Below the pieces are notes generated by a model. The model saw nothing but the letters and a program-made list of their open reading frames with translations. It was not told where the DNA came from and did no database searches. From assembly GCF_006345805.1 (NCBI RefSeq), contig NC_043018.1:13144001-13208000 (forward strand): a stretch of 64,000 nucleotides of DNA. Direction: 5' to 3'. Numbering within the stretch: position 1 is the stretch's first letter; the number at the start of each line of letters is the position of its first letter. Positions 41,325-53,883 of the stretch are shown piece by piece. A program made the translations under genes and the position numbers. This DNA comes from Octopus sinensis. Lineage: Eukaryota.

Positions 41325-41725
41325 GGCAGTGAGCTGGCAGAAACATTAGCACGAAGGGCGAAATGCCTGGTGGTATTTCGTCTGCCATTATGTTCAAGTT
41401 CTGCCGAGGTCGACTTTGCCTTTCATCCTTCCGGGGTCGATTAAATAAGTGCCAGTTACGCTCTGGGGTTGATATAATCGACTTAATCCATTTGTCTGTC
41501 CTCTCTGTGTTTAACCCCTTGTGGGTAGTAAAGAAATAGGTATTTTGTCTGCCGTTATGTTCTGAGTCCAAATTCCGCCAAAGTCGACTTTGCCTTTCAT
41601 CCTTTCGGGGTTGATAAATTAAGTACTAGTTCCACCCTGGAGTCGATGTAATTGACTTAATCCCTTTGTCTGTCCTTGTTTGTGCCCTCTATGTTTAGCC
41701 CCTTGTGGGCAATAAAGAAATAAGA
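41325..41725 (+). mobile_element. SINE-like family C, full copy plus tandem partial copy
   Basis: gagctggcagaaacattagc...gaggtcgactttgcctttcatcc...ccccttgtggg.a.taaagaaata; the 3' part is repeated. Confidence 0.8.
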
Positions 41726-41812
41726 AGTTTGCTTCCCAGCCTTATAATATCAGGTGGAGGTTGGTAACATGGAAGGCAATCAGGCCATAGAAAATCTGTC
41801 TCAGCAATCTGC

Positions 41813-42024
41813 TTAACCCGTTAGCATTTAAACCAGCCATATGTGACCAAAATATTCTAACCAGTTCCAGCCTCTTCAACCTACCCTACAATGTCAATAT
41901 AACAATAAGCAATCACACCATAAATATTTGAAAGCGACCAGGTAAATGCATGATTAATTCAAAACAATGTGAATAAATAAGCAGAGAACATTTGACAGAA
42001 AAAATCTGAACCCTAAAGGGTTAA
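41813..42024. mobile_element. piggyBac-type MITE with both TTAA target sites
   Basis: TTAA-CCC...GGG-TTAA at 41813-41816 and 42021-42024. Same family as 6480-6707 in the opposite orientation. Confidence 0.85.
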
Positions 42025-42140
42025 TCAAGGCTGACCAAGAGCAACAAACCAATGAAGGAGCTACGACTAAGCCACTTTCTACGCTAAAAATAACAACCAA
42101 ATCTCCTCCAAATCACATCCTAACACCTTAAAAAAAATTT

Positions 42141-42722
42141 TGTTTTACTCTTTTACTTGTTTCAGTTTTTTTACTGCAGCCATGCTGGAGCACCGCCTTT
42201 CAATAAAATCAACCCCAGGACTTATTCTTTGGAAGTCTAGTACTTACTCTATCGTTCTCTTTTGCCGAACCTCTAAGGTATGGGGACGTAAACACACCAG
42301 CATCGGTTGTCAAGCGATGTTGGGGGGGGACAAACACAGACACACAAACACATATGCATATATACAACGGGCTTCTTTCAGTTTCCGTCCATCAAATCCA
42401 CTCACAAAGCTTTGGTCGGCCCGAGGCTATAGTAGAAGACACTTTGCCCAAGGTGCCACGCAGTGGAACTGAACCCGGAACCATGTGGTTGGCAAGCAAG
42501 CTACTTACCACACAGCCACTCCTGCAAGTGGGATTGAACCCGGAACCATGTGGTTGGCAAGCAAGCTACTTACCACACAGCCACTCCTGCAAGTGGGATT
42601 GAACCCGGAACCATGTGGTTGGCAAGCAAGCTACTTACCACACAACCACTCCTGCAAGTGGGATTGAACCCGGAACCATGTGGTTGGTAAGCAAGCCACT
42701 TCCCACACAGCCACTCCTGCGC
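42141..42722 (-). mobile_element. SINE family A with four tandem 65-bp copies of its tRNA-like head
   Basis: gaacccggaa recurs at 42471, 42536, 42601 and 42666. Confidence 0.9.
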
Positions 42723-44449
42723 CTATAAATAATACAAACGAGTCAGCAAGGAAACATCTACTTGGTCATTTGAACTGCTGAAGGATGGTCACAGTTGGAA
42801 CATCTTTGGTTATACATTTGTTTGCTGCATTACAGAAAACTACAGTCCCTATACAGTTACCCTCTGCAAGCCAGTCCAATTTGCAGTGTGTACAAACTGG
42901 TGGTTCTCAGTCTGATAGTGGGAGTACAACTTCCTTGAAGGAATGGCTGCTAAGCTATTGTACATGTATGTGTAATAGAAAGCCTTGCTATTGAACAAAC
43001 GTGATAAAAATCTTTCCTACCATGACTGTCCTGTCTTACAGTATCTAGGATTAGTTCTTGTAAATGGAGTTCTTGATATGGATTCTGTTTCATTTGTGTT
43101 CAAATAGTCCAGTGATTGCCAATGTTCTTAGCTTGGTGTGTTTAAATTGGAATTTCTTTAATGGTCCTGTCTTTTATTTAAGGAGTCTTTTATTGTATGA
43201 AAGGTGTTACTGCCATGACCACCACGTCTGTTTTTAGACAAGACTATTTTATACAATGTGTGCTTTTTTTAAAAATCAGTAGTCAGTTGAGGGAAGTTTG
43301 TCTGCTATTTCTTGCAGAATGATCAACCACATAATTTCCCTTATGGACTCTACACATATATTCACATTTGCAGTTAGAAGAAATATCAAAGAATTTTGTT
43401 CAATTTCTGTGAATATCTCCAGTGGTTTCCCTATATTTGAATCATGTCAACAAGGAAGCCTATAACTGGCTATTCGATTTGCTAGAAATAGCAGCCAAAT
43501 TTCTTCTGTTGAAAAAATAAAAGGCTTGGGATGTGTTGGATAATGTAATCATAGGGACCCAATGCTCAAAAAAATATAAGAGATGGAATGGTCACTGATG
43601 GGACATTTTTGATCATAGATTTGCATTCGTGGAGCTGAAATGGTGCTAAATAACATTCTCTTGGAGATTTTAATAACTTTCAGTTCTTTATTTATTGTTT
43701 ATTTGTTAGATATTTCTATCCCATATTTGTTTACGAGAGGATTCTTGTCTTTCTTGGATTCCAGTAATTAATTTGCCAGAATGAAGGGAATGTGGTATGA
43801 AGAATCTGGCGACTGCGGACAAGTCAGCTTCTTTAAATATGAAGAAGAAGAAGCTCAAATATTTGTTTTTTTCCGTGGATGTGATGATTAATAATATTAT
43901 TGAATTGGGAATTGGATGATGGAACGATAAGAGAGAGAGGAAAGGCGAGAGAGAGAGAGGGAGAGAGGATGAGAGAGGGGGAGAGAAATTTCAAGGGACA
44001 AAAGTAGTGCGTTAGAGAACGGGGGGGGGAGACACAAGAAAAGGAAAGAGGAAATAGTAAGTGGGGGGGGGGGCAAAGACGATATTGAAAGATAGAATGG
44101 TGGGGAAAGTGGTGGATGGAGGAAAAAGAGGAGCAGACAGAGAGAGAGAGAGGAGAGAGAGAGAGAGTGTGTGTGTGTGTGTGTAGTAGAGAAATGTAAT
44201 GAGATGTGAAGGGAGAGGACATGTAAATGAGACTGTAGAGATGGGAAAGGGAAAATGTAAAAGTAGAGAGGAGAGAGAGAGAGAGAGAGTGAATGTACGA
44301 GGTAATGGTTGCTTAGCCTAAGTCAACTCAGTCAAATGCACTCTAGCCGTGACTCTCCCGTCTTTTTAAGAGTAACTAGGACTGTATTATCCAGCTCTAC
44401 CAGGATTACATTGTCCGTACTGTGCGAGAAAGTGTATAGAAACAGAGAG

Positions 44450-44489
<40 letters not shown>

Positions 44490-46081
44490 TGAAAAGAGAA
44501 AGATTGCAGGGAAGGAAGCGAGAGGGGAGAGAAAAAGGGGACGAAGAACAGCAAGTTTAATTACTTCTCGTAAAGGCGCCAGACCTGAACCTTTGTCAGT
44601 CGTTTAAATCATCCCAGTACCTCTCTAGTTTTATTGTTTTTTTTTATCGACCCAGAAGGGATGAAACGGCAAAGCCGACCCCGCCGGCATTTGAACTCGG
44701 AATGTAAAAATGTCAGAATACCGCAAAGTATTTTCTCCGACGCTGTCGATTCTGCCAGGCCTAACATCGTTCATATGTATTTTGTGTAAACATAATTCCA
44801 TTCACATCTTGGATGCCTTTCAGGGAAATTAAAACCAACTCCTGTCTACAAAGAGTTCGTTATTTTATCGTCTGCAGAAAGATAGAAAGGAAATTCCACC
44901 TCGGCAGAATTTGAACTCAGAATGTAAAAAGATAGTCGTAAATGGGACACTTTGGGTCTGCTTAATAAGGTGACCCAAGACTGAACAACGGACGCTTTCG
45001 AGTTCCTCTTTCGAATCAGGTCCACGAATCCTCCATCGCTATTTAGCCCCAACACTATTCGAACAGGCTTATGATTAAAGACATTCTAACCGCGACCATC
45101 CTGTTTGTTTTTTTATTATTCAGACATTGGGGTCTCTAGGTCTAAATACACTTTTCTTTAAACAGGTAGGGTGTGAGTTGAAGAATTGGCTGCTATTTCT
45201 AGCAAATCAAGCTTTCACGTAGAAGCTCCCTTCTTGACTCATACGTTTTCATTATAGAATAAACAATAACCACCAATAAAACTGTCGGTTTTACATAATT
45301 AATCAATTAAAGTTAATAACTCACGGACGCCATACATAAGAAAGACAATAATTTATGTAATGAACATAAAAAAAATATGGCGATCTTTTGTTTTATGTAC
45401 ATATAATGATAGGCAACTACAGAAAGCAATGGTCAAATCATGGCACGGTAAATCAGAGCTTTCATTTCGTAGGTCCCGACGATGCAGTGTAGCATACAAA
45501 CACAATAGAAGGGACGAGGCTCATCGAAACACCATGCCTGGAACTTCAGACAATTTTTCCCCCCAATATACATGAATTTCCTTGGTTTCATTTCTATAAA
45601 TATAAGATATGGAGGATCGATTTACGAAATGAAGACTTCGGTTTACCACCAGTGTAATGGTTTGGTAACTGTTGTCCATCATAATATGTACAAAAAGAAA
45701 AACCGAGAAGTCACCAAATTTGCTCTAAATAGAAATACTTCGGCGGTGAGGAAAAAAAACAAAAAAACAATATTAGCTCAATGACTAAATATTATTTTAA
45801 TCAGAACGGTAAGAAGGAGAGACATCTCCGGACATGTTTTGGCTTTATCTCTTGAGTCAAGGACACGAACAATTATCGCTTTTAGATAGCTGAATTGTTG
45901 CGGTTTAGCCTCAGGCCAATCTTGAGCCAGCAAACATAGGATAAAAGATAATTCCGTCCGTGATCATCCTGCCTTTTATTCAACTTGATCTAAATGGAGT
46001 GAGCGGAGACTTCATACAGTTCTTGATGAAGCAGGGATAAGTAATTAACAGTACATAGAAATCTGCGATTTATATTTTGTT

Positions 46082-46246
46082 GAGGCTGTGTGGTAAGTAG
46101 GTTGCTTTACGAACCACATGGTTCCGGGTTCAGTCCCACTGCATGGCACCTTGGGCAAGTGTCTTCTACTATAGCCTCGGGCCGACCAAAGCCTTGTGAG
46201 TGGATTTGGTAGGCGGAAACTGAAAGAAGCTCGTTGTATATATGTG

Positions 46247-46279
<33 letters not shown>

Positions 46280-46490
46280 ATGTTTCTGTGTCTGTCCCCC
46301 CAACATCGCTTGACAACCGATGATGATGACGTGTTTACGTCCCCGTAACTTAGCGGTTCGGCAAAAGAGACCGATGGAATTAGTACAAGGCTTACAAAGA
46401 ATAAGTCCTGGGGTCGATTTGCTCGACTAAAGGCGGTGCTCCATCATGGCCACAGTCAAATGACTGAAACAAGAGAGTAAAGAGAGGGTA
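46082..46490 (+). mobile_element. tRNA-derived SINE family A, full length
   Basis: Head ggctgtgtggtaagtag...ggttcagtcccactgc, internal (TA)n(TG)n, 3' tail aaacaagagagtaaagag. Confidence 0.9.
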
Positions 46491-47709
46491 TAAGCGGTCA
46501 CATTTTTGACGGGGGGGGGGGGGTTACCTTCAGTTCTTAGTGACAACACAAAAACTGACAAAAGCGAATTCAAATGAAAATATAAATCCAGTCCTTAAAA
46601 CCTTTTCGTCACTATATTTCAGCCTATGGGCGTTTCAATTAACTTTGAAAATAATCCATAATCTTGAGAGATTTAGTAAAATAAGTAACTTTTTCCCCAC
46701 CTTGCTTGGAACAACGAAAGATTTCCAACTAAAATAAAAATTATGATGTAAGATTTTAATTTAAATACGAACTTTTTTAAAAAACAGACGGTTTTTTTTT
46801 ATCAGGAAGGTTAAATGCTGATAAACCATTCCCCACCCACCCATATTCAACCTCCAAATGTACTTTTACGTCTAGTATATTTCCCTGTTGATTGTGTATT
46901 ACTATTAATGCTTCTGGAATTTGATTTCTTGAGCCATCGAGATGGATTGTTTGGTCTCAAGTCAACACTGATCAACTACACCTTTCATCAAAAGCACTCA
47001 AGCTACGGCCATGCCAACTTTCTCAGACATAATGAAATCTAGGTCTTCATTTATCCAATGTATCCTCTCTTTTTTGTTATATAGCAGGGTTTGGCTTGAA
47101 GGAGATTTTGGCTGTAACTTCTAATAGTTCGTTAGGCTATATAGATGCTCTCTCGTAGGATTTTGGTAATTTATCTCAACACAAAAGCTAATAAACTGGA
47201 GTTAACTTCGAAATCCTGTAAAGAAACAAATCACACAACTGGCTGTATCTAATATCGCTTGTTTGTTCATTGAAATCCAGAGGGTGACACAGCTTTTGCT
47301 AATCAACGACTTTAATAAATTATTCCAAACGTGTAAATATATTTACCAAAGCACTATTAATTTCAGCTCAAAACAGTTTACATAATGCTGACCTTATTTT
47401 CCCCTTAGAATTGTTGCACAATTCTTTGTAGGTCGACCAAATTTTCGTGAGTAAAATCGGGTTGACGAAAATTATATGAAAGCTCGTCAGTACCTGTCCA
47501 ATGGTAACAGAATCTAATTTGTCACACCATCATCTATTCTTTGGGTGCTTTTAATAGAGCCGACACATTCGGATCAGATCTCGGCTCCGATATCTTGACG
47601 GGCAGCTTCCGATCGTTCGATTCATTGGATGCTACTTTTTCCTTGCTCGTTTCCCCCACTAGTCTTTGAGGCCTTAGAAAAAAAGTTACAGGTGCTACCT
47701 TTCCTCTTC

Positions 47710-48240
47710 TGACTCAGCTATAAAACAAAATTTATGAAGAGGGAGAAAAATCTAAGGAAGTAGAACCTATACTGCCGGCGGGGATCTGTCTGCATTTCAA
47801 GTCAACAAGTAACCATCCTAGAATTTACTTTTTTATTCCACACCATGCTCCATACCTCCACTTTACTACAGAGCATCTTCGCATAAATACCTGTTTCCCA
47901 TTCCATAAATGTCACTTTTGGATGAGATTTTTTAAAAATTCTTTAAATAGATACACACTCAGGCGTTTAATGTTTAACGGAGAATACAGTATCTTAAATA
48001 GAAATAAAAAGAAAAACGACAAGAAGATATATTCGAGTTGAACTTATTACCAATATACAACGCATCCGGTTTTGGCACCCACACTGTGTCGCTGACTCAG
48101 CGATGGAACTATATATATATATATATATATATACACACCAAAATACAACAAATGGAGTATTTCCTCCTTAACTCAGCAAACGCCATCGATCTAATGACGT
48201 AATAAACTACGGACATATTAACCACGAAGCATGACTCAAA
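47710..48240. promoter_or_regulatory. Cluster of bZIP (AP-1/Maf-CNC/ATF) motifs
   Basis: TGACTCAGC 47710-47718 directly followed by TATAAAA 47719-47725, CGCTGACTCAGCG 48090-48102, ATGACGTAA 48194-48202, TGACTCA 48232-48238. Confidence 0.35.
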
Positions 48241-49524
48241 TCTGAACTCTTAAGAAAAGGTTGTTTACAGTGACAATATATAAATGATAAAGTAAATCAG
48301 ACATTAATCCCTCTCTGAGCAGCACCTATTCAACCCACGACATTCAAAAGTGTTCTCGCTAGGACCATCAGCTTTTTTTCTCAAATGTTGAAGTCGAGTT
48401 GTTGGACAGAGACATGTCATTAAAAAATGACATGATCTAATATGGCCAGTCCACCCCACTTTTTTTTTCTTTTTCTTAGAAATAGAATGTGATAGGAGAA
48501 AATATTAAGTCATTTCTAGAGGGTCGTGTGGCCACGCAGAAGCCTACCACCACCACCACTACCACACAGCTCACGTTGTTGTTGTTGTTGGTGGTGGTGG
48601 TGGTGGTGGTGTGGATGCTTCTACCAATACTGGGTTGCAAAGAAAGGCATTGTCAAGTCGAAATATTCGATGCAAATTTTAAATGGCAAAGTACTGATAG
48701 CACTTATCTCTGAGAGAAAACACAGAAACAAATATATATGACGATGACAATGATGATGATGATGTTGTTGTAAAATGTATTTATGTAACAAGTAGGAATT
48801 TATTTCAGTGTCTTGTTTCACGGTCTGGAATAGAGGGGTGGTGACAATTATGCATATATTAGCCAAGAATGTAACCTCCATAAGAACCGTGGCTTGACCC
48901 CGCTCGAAATAGCAGTCAAATCTCCCTCAAACCACACTGTCTTTAAGAAAAAAAAGAATGATACACAGGGAAGAAGAGTGTGGTATCCTAAATACGGTTT
49001 GAATCATGAGCTTAATATCAAAACCCAAAAGACACATAACAGAATCCCCCAAAACAGTTCAACCTCTGGCTCACATGCGTCTTCACGCTCTGTCTTCCTA
49101 GGAGGAATGATTAGTTAGCTACTATCCTGACTCCTATGCCTAATTCTTTCCTTCCAGCCCATATTTTCCCTGGGGTAGTTCGCTATCTGTTGTTCACCAA
49201 AGAGTACCAATTGTAACAACGTCCACATCAAACCAAATAAAAATGTGGATTTCACTTATATTTGAAAGTCTGATGCCTTTTTTTTTTTTTAATCACACAA
49301 CTTGTATATTTAACGACAGGTTCAGGAATTTGGAGGAGCTAATAGGTAACACTGTAGTTAAGAAGCTCACTACCCAACCACATAGTTTCAGAGTCAGTCC
49401 CATTTTACAGCAACTTGGGGAAGTCTTCTACTATAACCTTGGGCCTACCAAAAACTTGTGAATGAAGATGTAAACGGAAACTGAAAGAAGCCTGTCGTAT
49501 ATGTGTGTGTGTAGCATCTTCAGA

Positions 49525-49910
49525 TATTGGGCTTCACTGAGACTTCTGGCAGTTAGACGCGTATGAGAAGACATGCCAAGCTAAGTAAAACTGTGGCTCT
49601 CCACGCATACAGGCATGTCCCCTACATCCCTCTCTCAGCCAAGAAATCCTAGTCTTGCAGGCTATAGGGTACTGATGCCACATAAAAGTACCTGTGCCAG
49701 TGTCATGTAAAAGTGCTGGCGCTGGTGCCATGTAAAAGTACCCACTACACCCTGTAAAGTGGTTGGTGTTAGGAAGGGCATCCAGCCATAGAAACCATAC
49801 CGAAACTGACAATTGGAACCTGGGCAACTCTCCAGCTGACCAGCTCTGGTCCAACTGTCCAACCCATGCCAGCATGGAAAACACACATTAAATGATGATG
49901 ATGATGATGA
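49525..49910 (+). mobile_element. SINE-like family B
   Basis: gttggtgttaggaagggcatccagcc...ccaacccatgccagcatgg...(gat)n tail. Confidence 0.8.
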
Positions 49911-49919
49911 TATATATAT

Positions 49920-50170
49920 AGGAGCACTCCATCGGTTACAACGGCGAGAGTCCCAGCTGATATGATCAACGGAAGAGCTTGCTCGTGAAATTAACCTGCA
50001 AGTGGCTTAGTACTCCACAGACACGTGTACTCTTAATGTAGTTCTCAGAGGTATTCAGCGTGACACAGAGTGTGACAAGGCTGGCCTTTAGAAATACAGG
50101 TGCAACTCATTTTTGCCAGCTGAGTGGACTGGAGTGAAGTGAAATAAAGTGTCTTGCTCAAGGACACAAC
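49920..50170 (+). mobile_element. SINE-like family D
   Basis: Similar to the reverse complement of 4270-4530. Confidence 0.7.
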
Positions 50171-51017
50171 GTATATATAAAGGTGAATATATATTTATTT
50201 AACCATTTGACTTCCATAGGATTCTGACCATTTCATAACCTTCTTCGTGTCCTATTAATTTCAGTTGGGAAGAAATCGTTAGAGTTGAAACCATGATGTT
50301 TCGGTGATCTGATGACCTAGCCTCCTTTGTTTGCATTCATTTGTGATTATAAAATGGCATTCTATGATGCTGAGTGTACGTATGCAGGCAAACATATACA
50401 CATAATTTCTCCCATACTAAAATTCATCTTACATGAAGAAAGGAGGTTGTGAAATGGCTGTAATCCTATGGTAGCGACATGATTAAATATATATAGATTC
50501 ACTTCTCGTACCTTCTGACTTTATGGCTTTACATAATCCTTAATAAATAATTTCATTGATCTGGTTTTCTGGATTTTCAGTTACTGAGAACTTTTCTACA
50601 TTACACTCCTTTGTAATTAATTACTATGTGAACTGGCAGCCGAGTTTGTAAGAGGAGCTTTCCCTGATACCTGCATGAGTCTCTGAATCCACATCTTATA
50701 CTACTTATGTATATATATATATATATATATACACACTCATGCTAGCATGGAAAGCGGACGTTAAACGACGATGATGATGATGATGATATACTCTTTTACT
50801 TGTTTCAGTCATTTGACTGCGGCCATGCTGGAGCACCACCTTTAGTCGAATTAATCGACCCCAGGACTTATTCTTTGTTAGCCTAGTACTTATTCTATCG
50901 GTCTCTTTTTGCTGAACTGCTAAGTGACAGGGATGTAAACAAACCAACATCAGTTGCATAGCGATGGTGAGAGGACAAACACTGCACTGTTACAAACAGT
51001 AAATGCATACAAACGTA

Positions 51018-51350
51018 TCATCATCATCATCATCGTTTAACGTCTGTTCTCCATGCTAGCATGGGTTGGACGGTTCGACCGGGGATCTGGGAAGCCAGAA
51101 GGCTGCACCAGGCTCCAGTCTGATCTGGCAGTGTTTCTACAGCTGGATGCCCTTCCTAACGCCAACCACTTCGTGGGTGTAGTGGGTGCATTTTACGTGT
51201 CACCTGCACAGGTGCCAGGGGAGGCTGGCATTGGCCACGATCGGATTGGTGCATTTTACGTGCCACCGGCACGGAAGCCAGTCAAGGCGGCGCTGGCATC
51301 GGCCACGATTCGGAAGGTGCTTTTTACGTGCCACCGGCATGGAAGCCAGT
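51018..51350 (-). mobile_element. SINE-like family B
   Basis: (tca)n tail, then cgtttaacg...catgctagcatgggttggacgg...ctggatgcccttcctaacgccaacc. Confidence 0.85.
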
Positions 51351-51631
51351 CATATATATATATATATATGTATGTATACATATACAATGGGCTTCTTTCA
51401 TTTTCCGTCTACCAAATCCATGCACAAGGCATGAGGATATATACAGTGGGGGGAAATAAATTCATACATGTCAAAATTCTTTATTTAATTTCTAATTAAC
51501 ATAAATGGGATATACCAATACTATATTTGCATACACATGCATAAACTAAGAATATGCAAAAGAAACTAATAAATTATAATAACTAAGGAATTTATAACCA
51601 TTCTTCCTCTTTTAAACTCAAACCTAAAGTC

Positions 51632-52990
51632 AATTGTACGTCCTTATCTAGCAAGATTTGGAAACTGAATGAAAGGGGGATCAAATTTATCCTTAAATGG
51701 GATATAATAAGGAAAGCGCAGCCTTATAGAGACAGTAGATACGGGTGTGAGCTGTGCTCTATGGAAACTTATGAGATTTTTAAGCATAGGGACAAGAGCA
51801 ACCTGATTAACAATAGATAAGACCTAAGGGTGTCATGCTTACATAGGGTCACCTGAACATTTAAATATTTTAGAAATTAGTGTTTTATAGGTGCCATGCT
51901 TGAACTTGTATGATGGAAACTAATTTTTTATTTTTAGTGTTGTATCTGACTAAACTTACCCTCTAGTATTACATATATATAAATAAATCATGGTATATTG
52001 AGTTATATGATAAATTAAAGTACATTGCATATATCATAAGCTGTATTGTATAATAGTGTGCTAAATGTAGCTACTTTCCTATGAATATTCCTGCCTCGTT
52101 AATCTGACTTCATGATTAAACTATTTATTCCTTTCTCTGGTGTTCTACCCAACTCATCATATTATGCATTTTTATAATGGCCTTTATCTAAGTAGACATC
52201 CTAATTATGTACCCCTAGGAAATTATAGTATCATGTATGTAATAGCACCGGTAACTTTAAAACTTATACCTCTTTGGTCTAAATACCTCAAAATGCCCTC
52301 ACTATTCAAATACCTATTGCTTCTTCTTTGAGGTTATCTTTATCTCTCCCCTACTTCAAATTTTAATACCCTGCCTCTTTAAAATGTAAGGTCTTATATA
52401 TATATTCTCTTACTAGTCTCTATATTTTCTTATTTTGATATCTTTACCTATTAACCTCTTATCCATTTATAAATTGTTACTGTTCTTAAATAGAAATATA
52501 TAATTCCTAGTTAACTGAGTCTAAGAGAGTTAATTATATTATATCCATAATAATGTATAAATATTTGTGTATATTTGCATGTGTACACATAGATAAATAT
52601 ATGTGTTTCTTTACACAGCTTTTATTTTGACCGTTTTTTTTTCTTCTGATTCTTAGCTTATAATTGATATATAGATCGCATGTTTCCTTGCCCCAGTACT
52701 CCATTAGTAAATACCCAGAGCAGTCTTTATAGAAACCACCTAATAAGTAAATAATTAAGTACATGAATGAAGATGTAATGTAATCTCAGATTTCCCTTGA
52801 TACTTCCTATATCTCTCCCTTTCCAAAATAACTTCTTACATTGAACTCTATTTCTTTCTATTTAACTCTCTTGTATCACCTCTGATGATGGGATATCTTT
52901 TATATCCCTGAAACAGCTGTTAAGACTACCCTTCTCTTTATAAAATGTCCAAGAAATTTCACACTGCCTTGGCTTTGTTTTCTCATTTAT
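51632..52990 (+). mobile_element. Penelope-like retroelement, 5'-truncated relic
   Basis: 51632-51850 reads NCTSLSSKIWKLNERGIKFILKWDI / KAQPYRDSRYGCELCSMETYEIFKHRDKSNLINNR*DLRVSCLHR, the C-terminal pattern of Penelope GIY-YIG endonucleases (LS..IW.L, PY...C.LC..E, N.R.....C.H). A long AT-rich 3' region with a hammerhead follows. Confidence 0.8.
52877..52926 (+). ncRNA. Minimal hammerhead motif, stem I disrupted
   Basis: CTGATGA (52882-52888)-t-GGGATAT...ATATCCC-t-GAAA (52910-52913)-CAGCT-GTt-AAGAC. Same family as 11473-11528, with one extra T at the cleavage site. Confidence 0.65.
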
Positions 52991-53159
52991 CTAACCTATA
53001 CAGGTTCACACACAACCCACATTAGATTCCTCACTCATACTATTATTGAACTGGGAGTCTAACAGTGGTCCTCCTGTAGCACTTACACAGCCTTACCTGC
53101 CTTTTGGATCTACTGGATACCAAAACCTCTCATATTATTATTATTATTATATATATATA

Positions 53160-53520
53160 CATCATCATTTAACTTCTGTTTTCTATGCTGGCATGGGTTG
53201 GATGGTTTGACAGGAGCTGGCCAGACTTCATGTCTATTTTGGCATGGTTTCTACGGTTGGATGCCCTTCCTAACGCTAACCACTCTACAGAATGTCTTAG
53301 GTGCTTTTACACAGCACCTGCACAGGTGTGTTTACAAGGTATCAATACAGGTGCTTTTTACATGGCACCAGCACCCACAATCCCACAAGATAAGGAACGC
53401 TCAGCTGGAGAAGGACACAGGAGACATGCCTGTATGCAAGAACAAGCACGCTTTTACTTAGCATGATGTTTTCTTAAGCACAGCAAACAACCAAGAGTCT
53501 TGGACCCGTCATCCCCTCGA
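53160..53520 (-). mobile_element. SINE-like family B
   Basis: atgctggcatgggttggatgg...ggatgcccttcctaacgctaacc. Confidence 0.8.
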
Positions 53521-53883
53521 GTAATTTATTATTTTCATTCATTTTTAAGTCTATTTTTCTGGGCTAGCATGGATCAGACAAATATATAACTGAAGCACTG
53601 TTTTACAGCTAGATGCCCTGCCTGTCAATACCTCTTACCTGATTTTCAGATAAGGGATCTCCTATTTCACATATCTTCAAAGGGACAAAAGCCAGTAGAT
53701 GATTTGCTGACAGGAAAAATGACACCACTGGTTGTCGCTCTTGATATTAAGAAAACTGCAAATGTAAACACACAAGTACTCACACAACTTATGTTCACAC
53801 AAACATACACACACAGATATACGACAGTCTTCTTTCAGTTTCTGTCTCCCAAATCCATTCGCAATGCTTTGGTGAGCTCAGAG

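Noticed and set aside
42462-42722. CRISPR-like array
   Set aside because: The units are contiguous with no unique spacers, derive from a SINE head, and sit in a eukaryotic context with no cas genes.
50420-50470. ATGAAGA...GAAATGGCTGTA, resembling a decayed hammerhead
   Set aside because: The core C/U is missing and stem II is unpaired; too degenerate to count.
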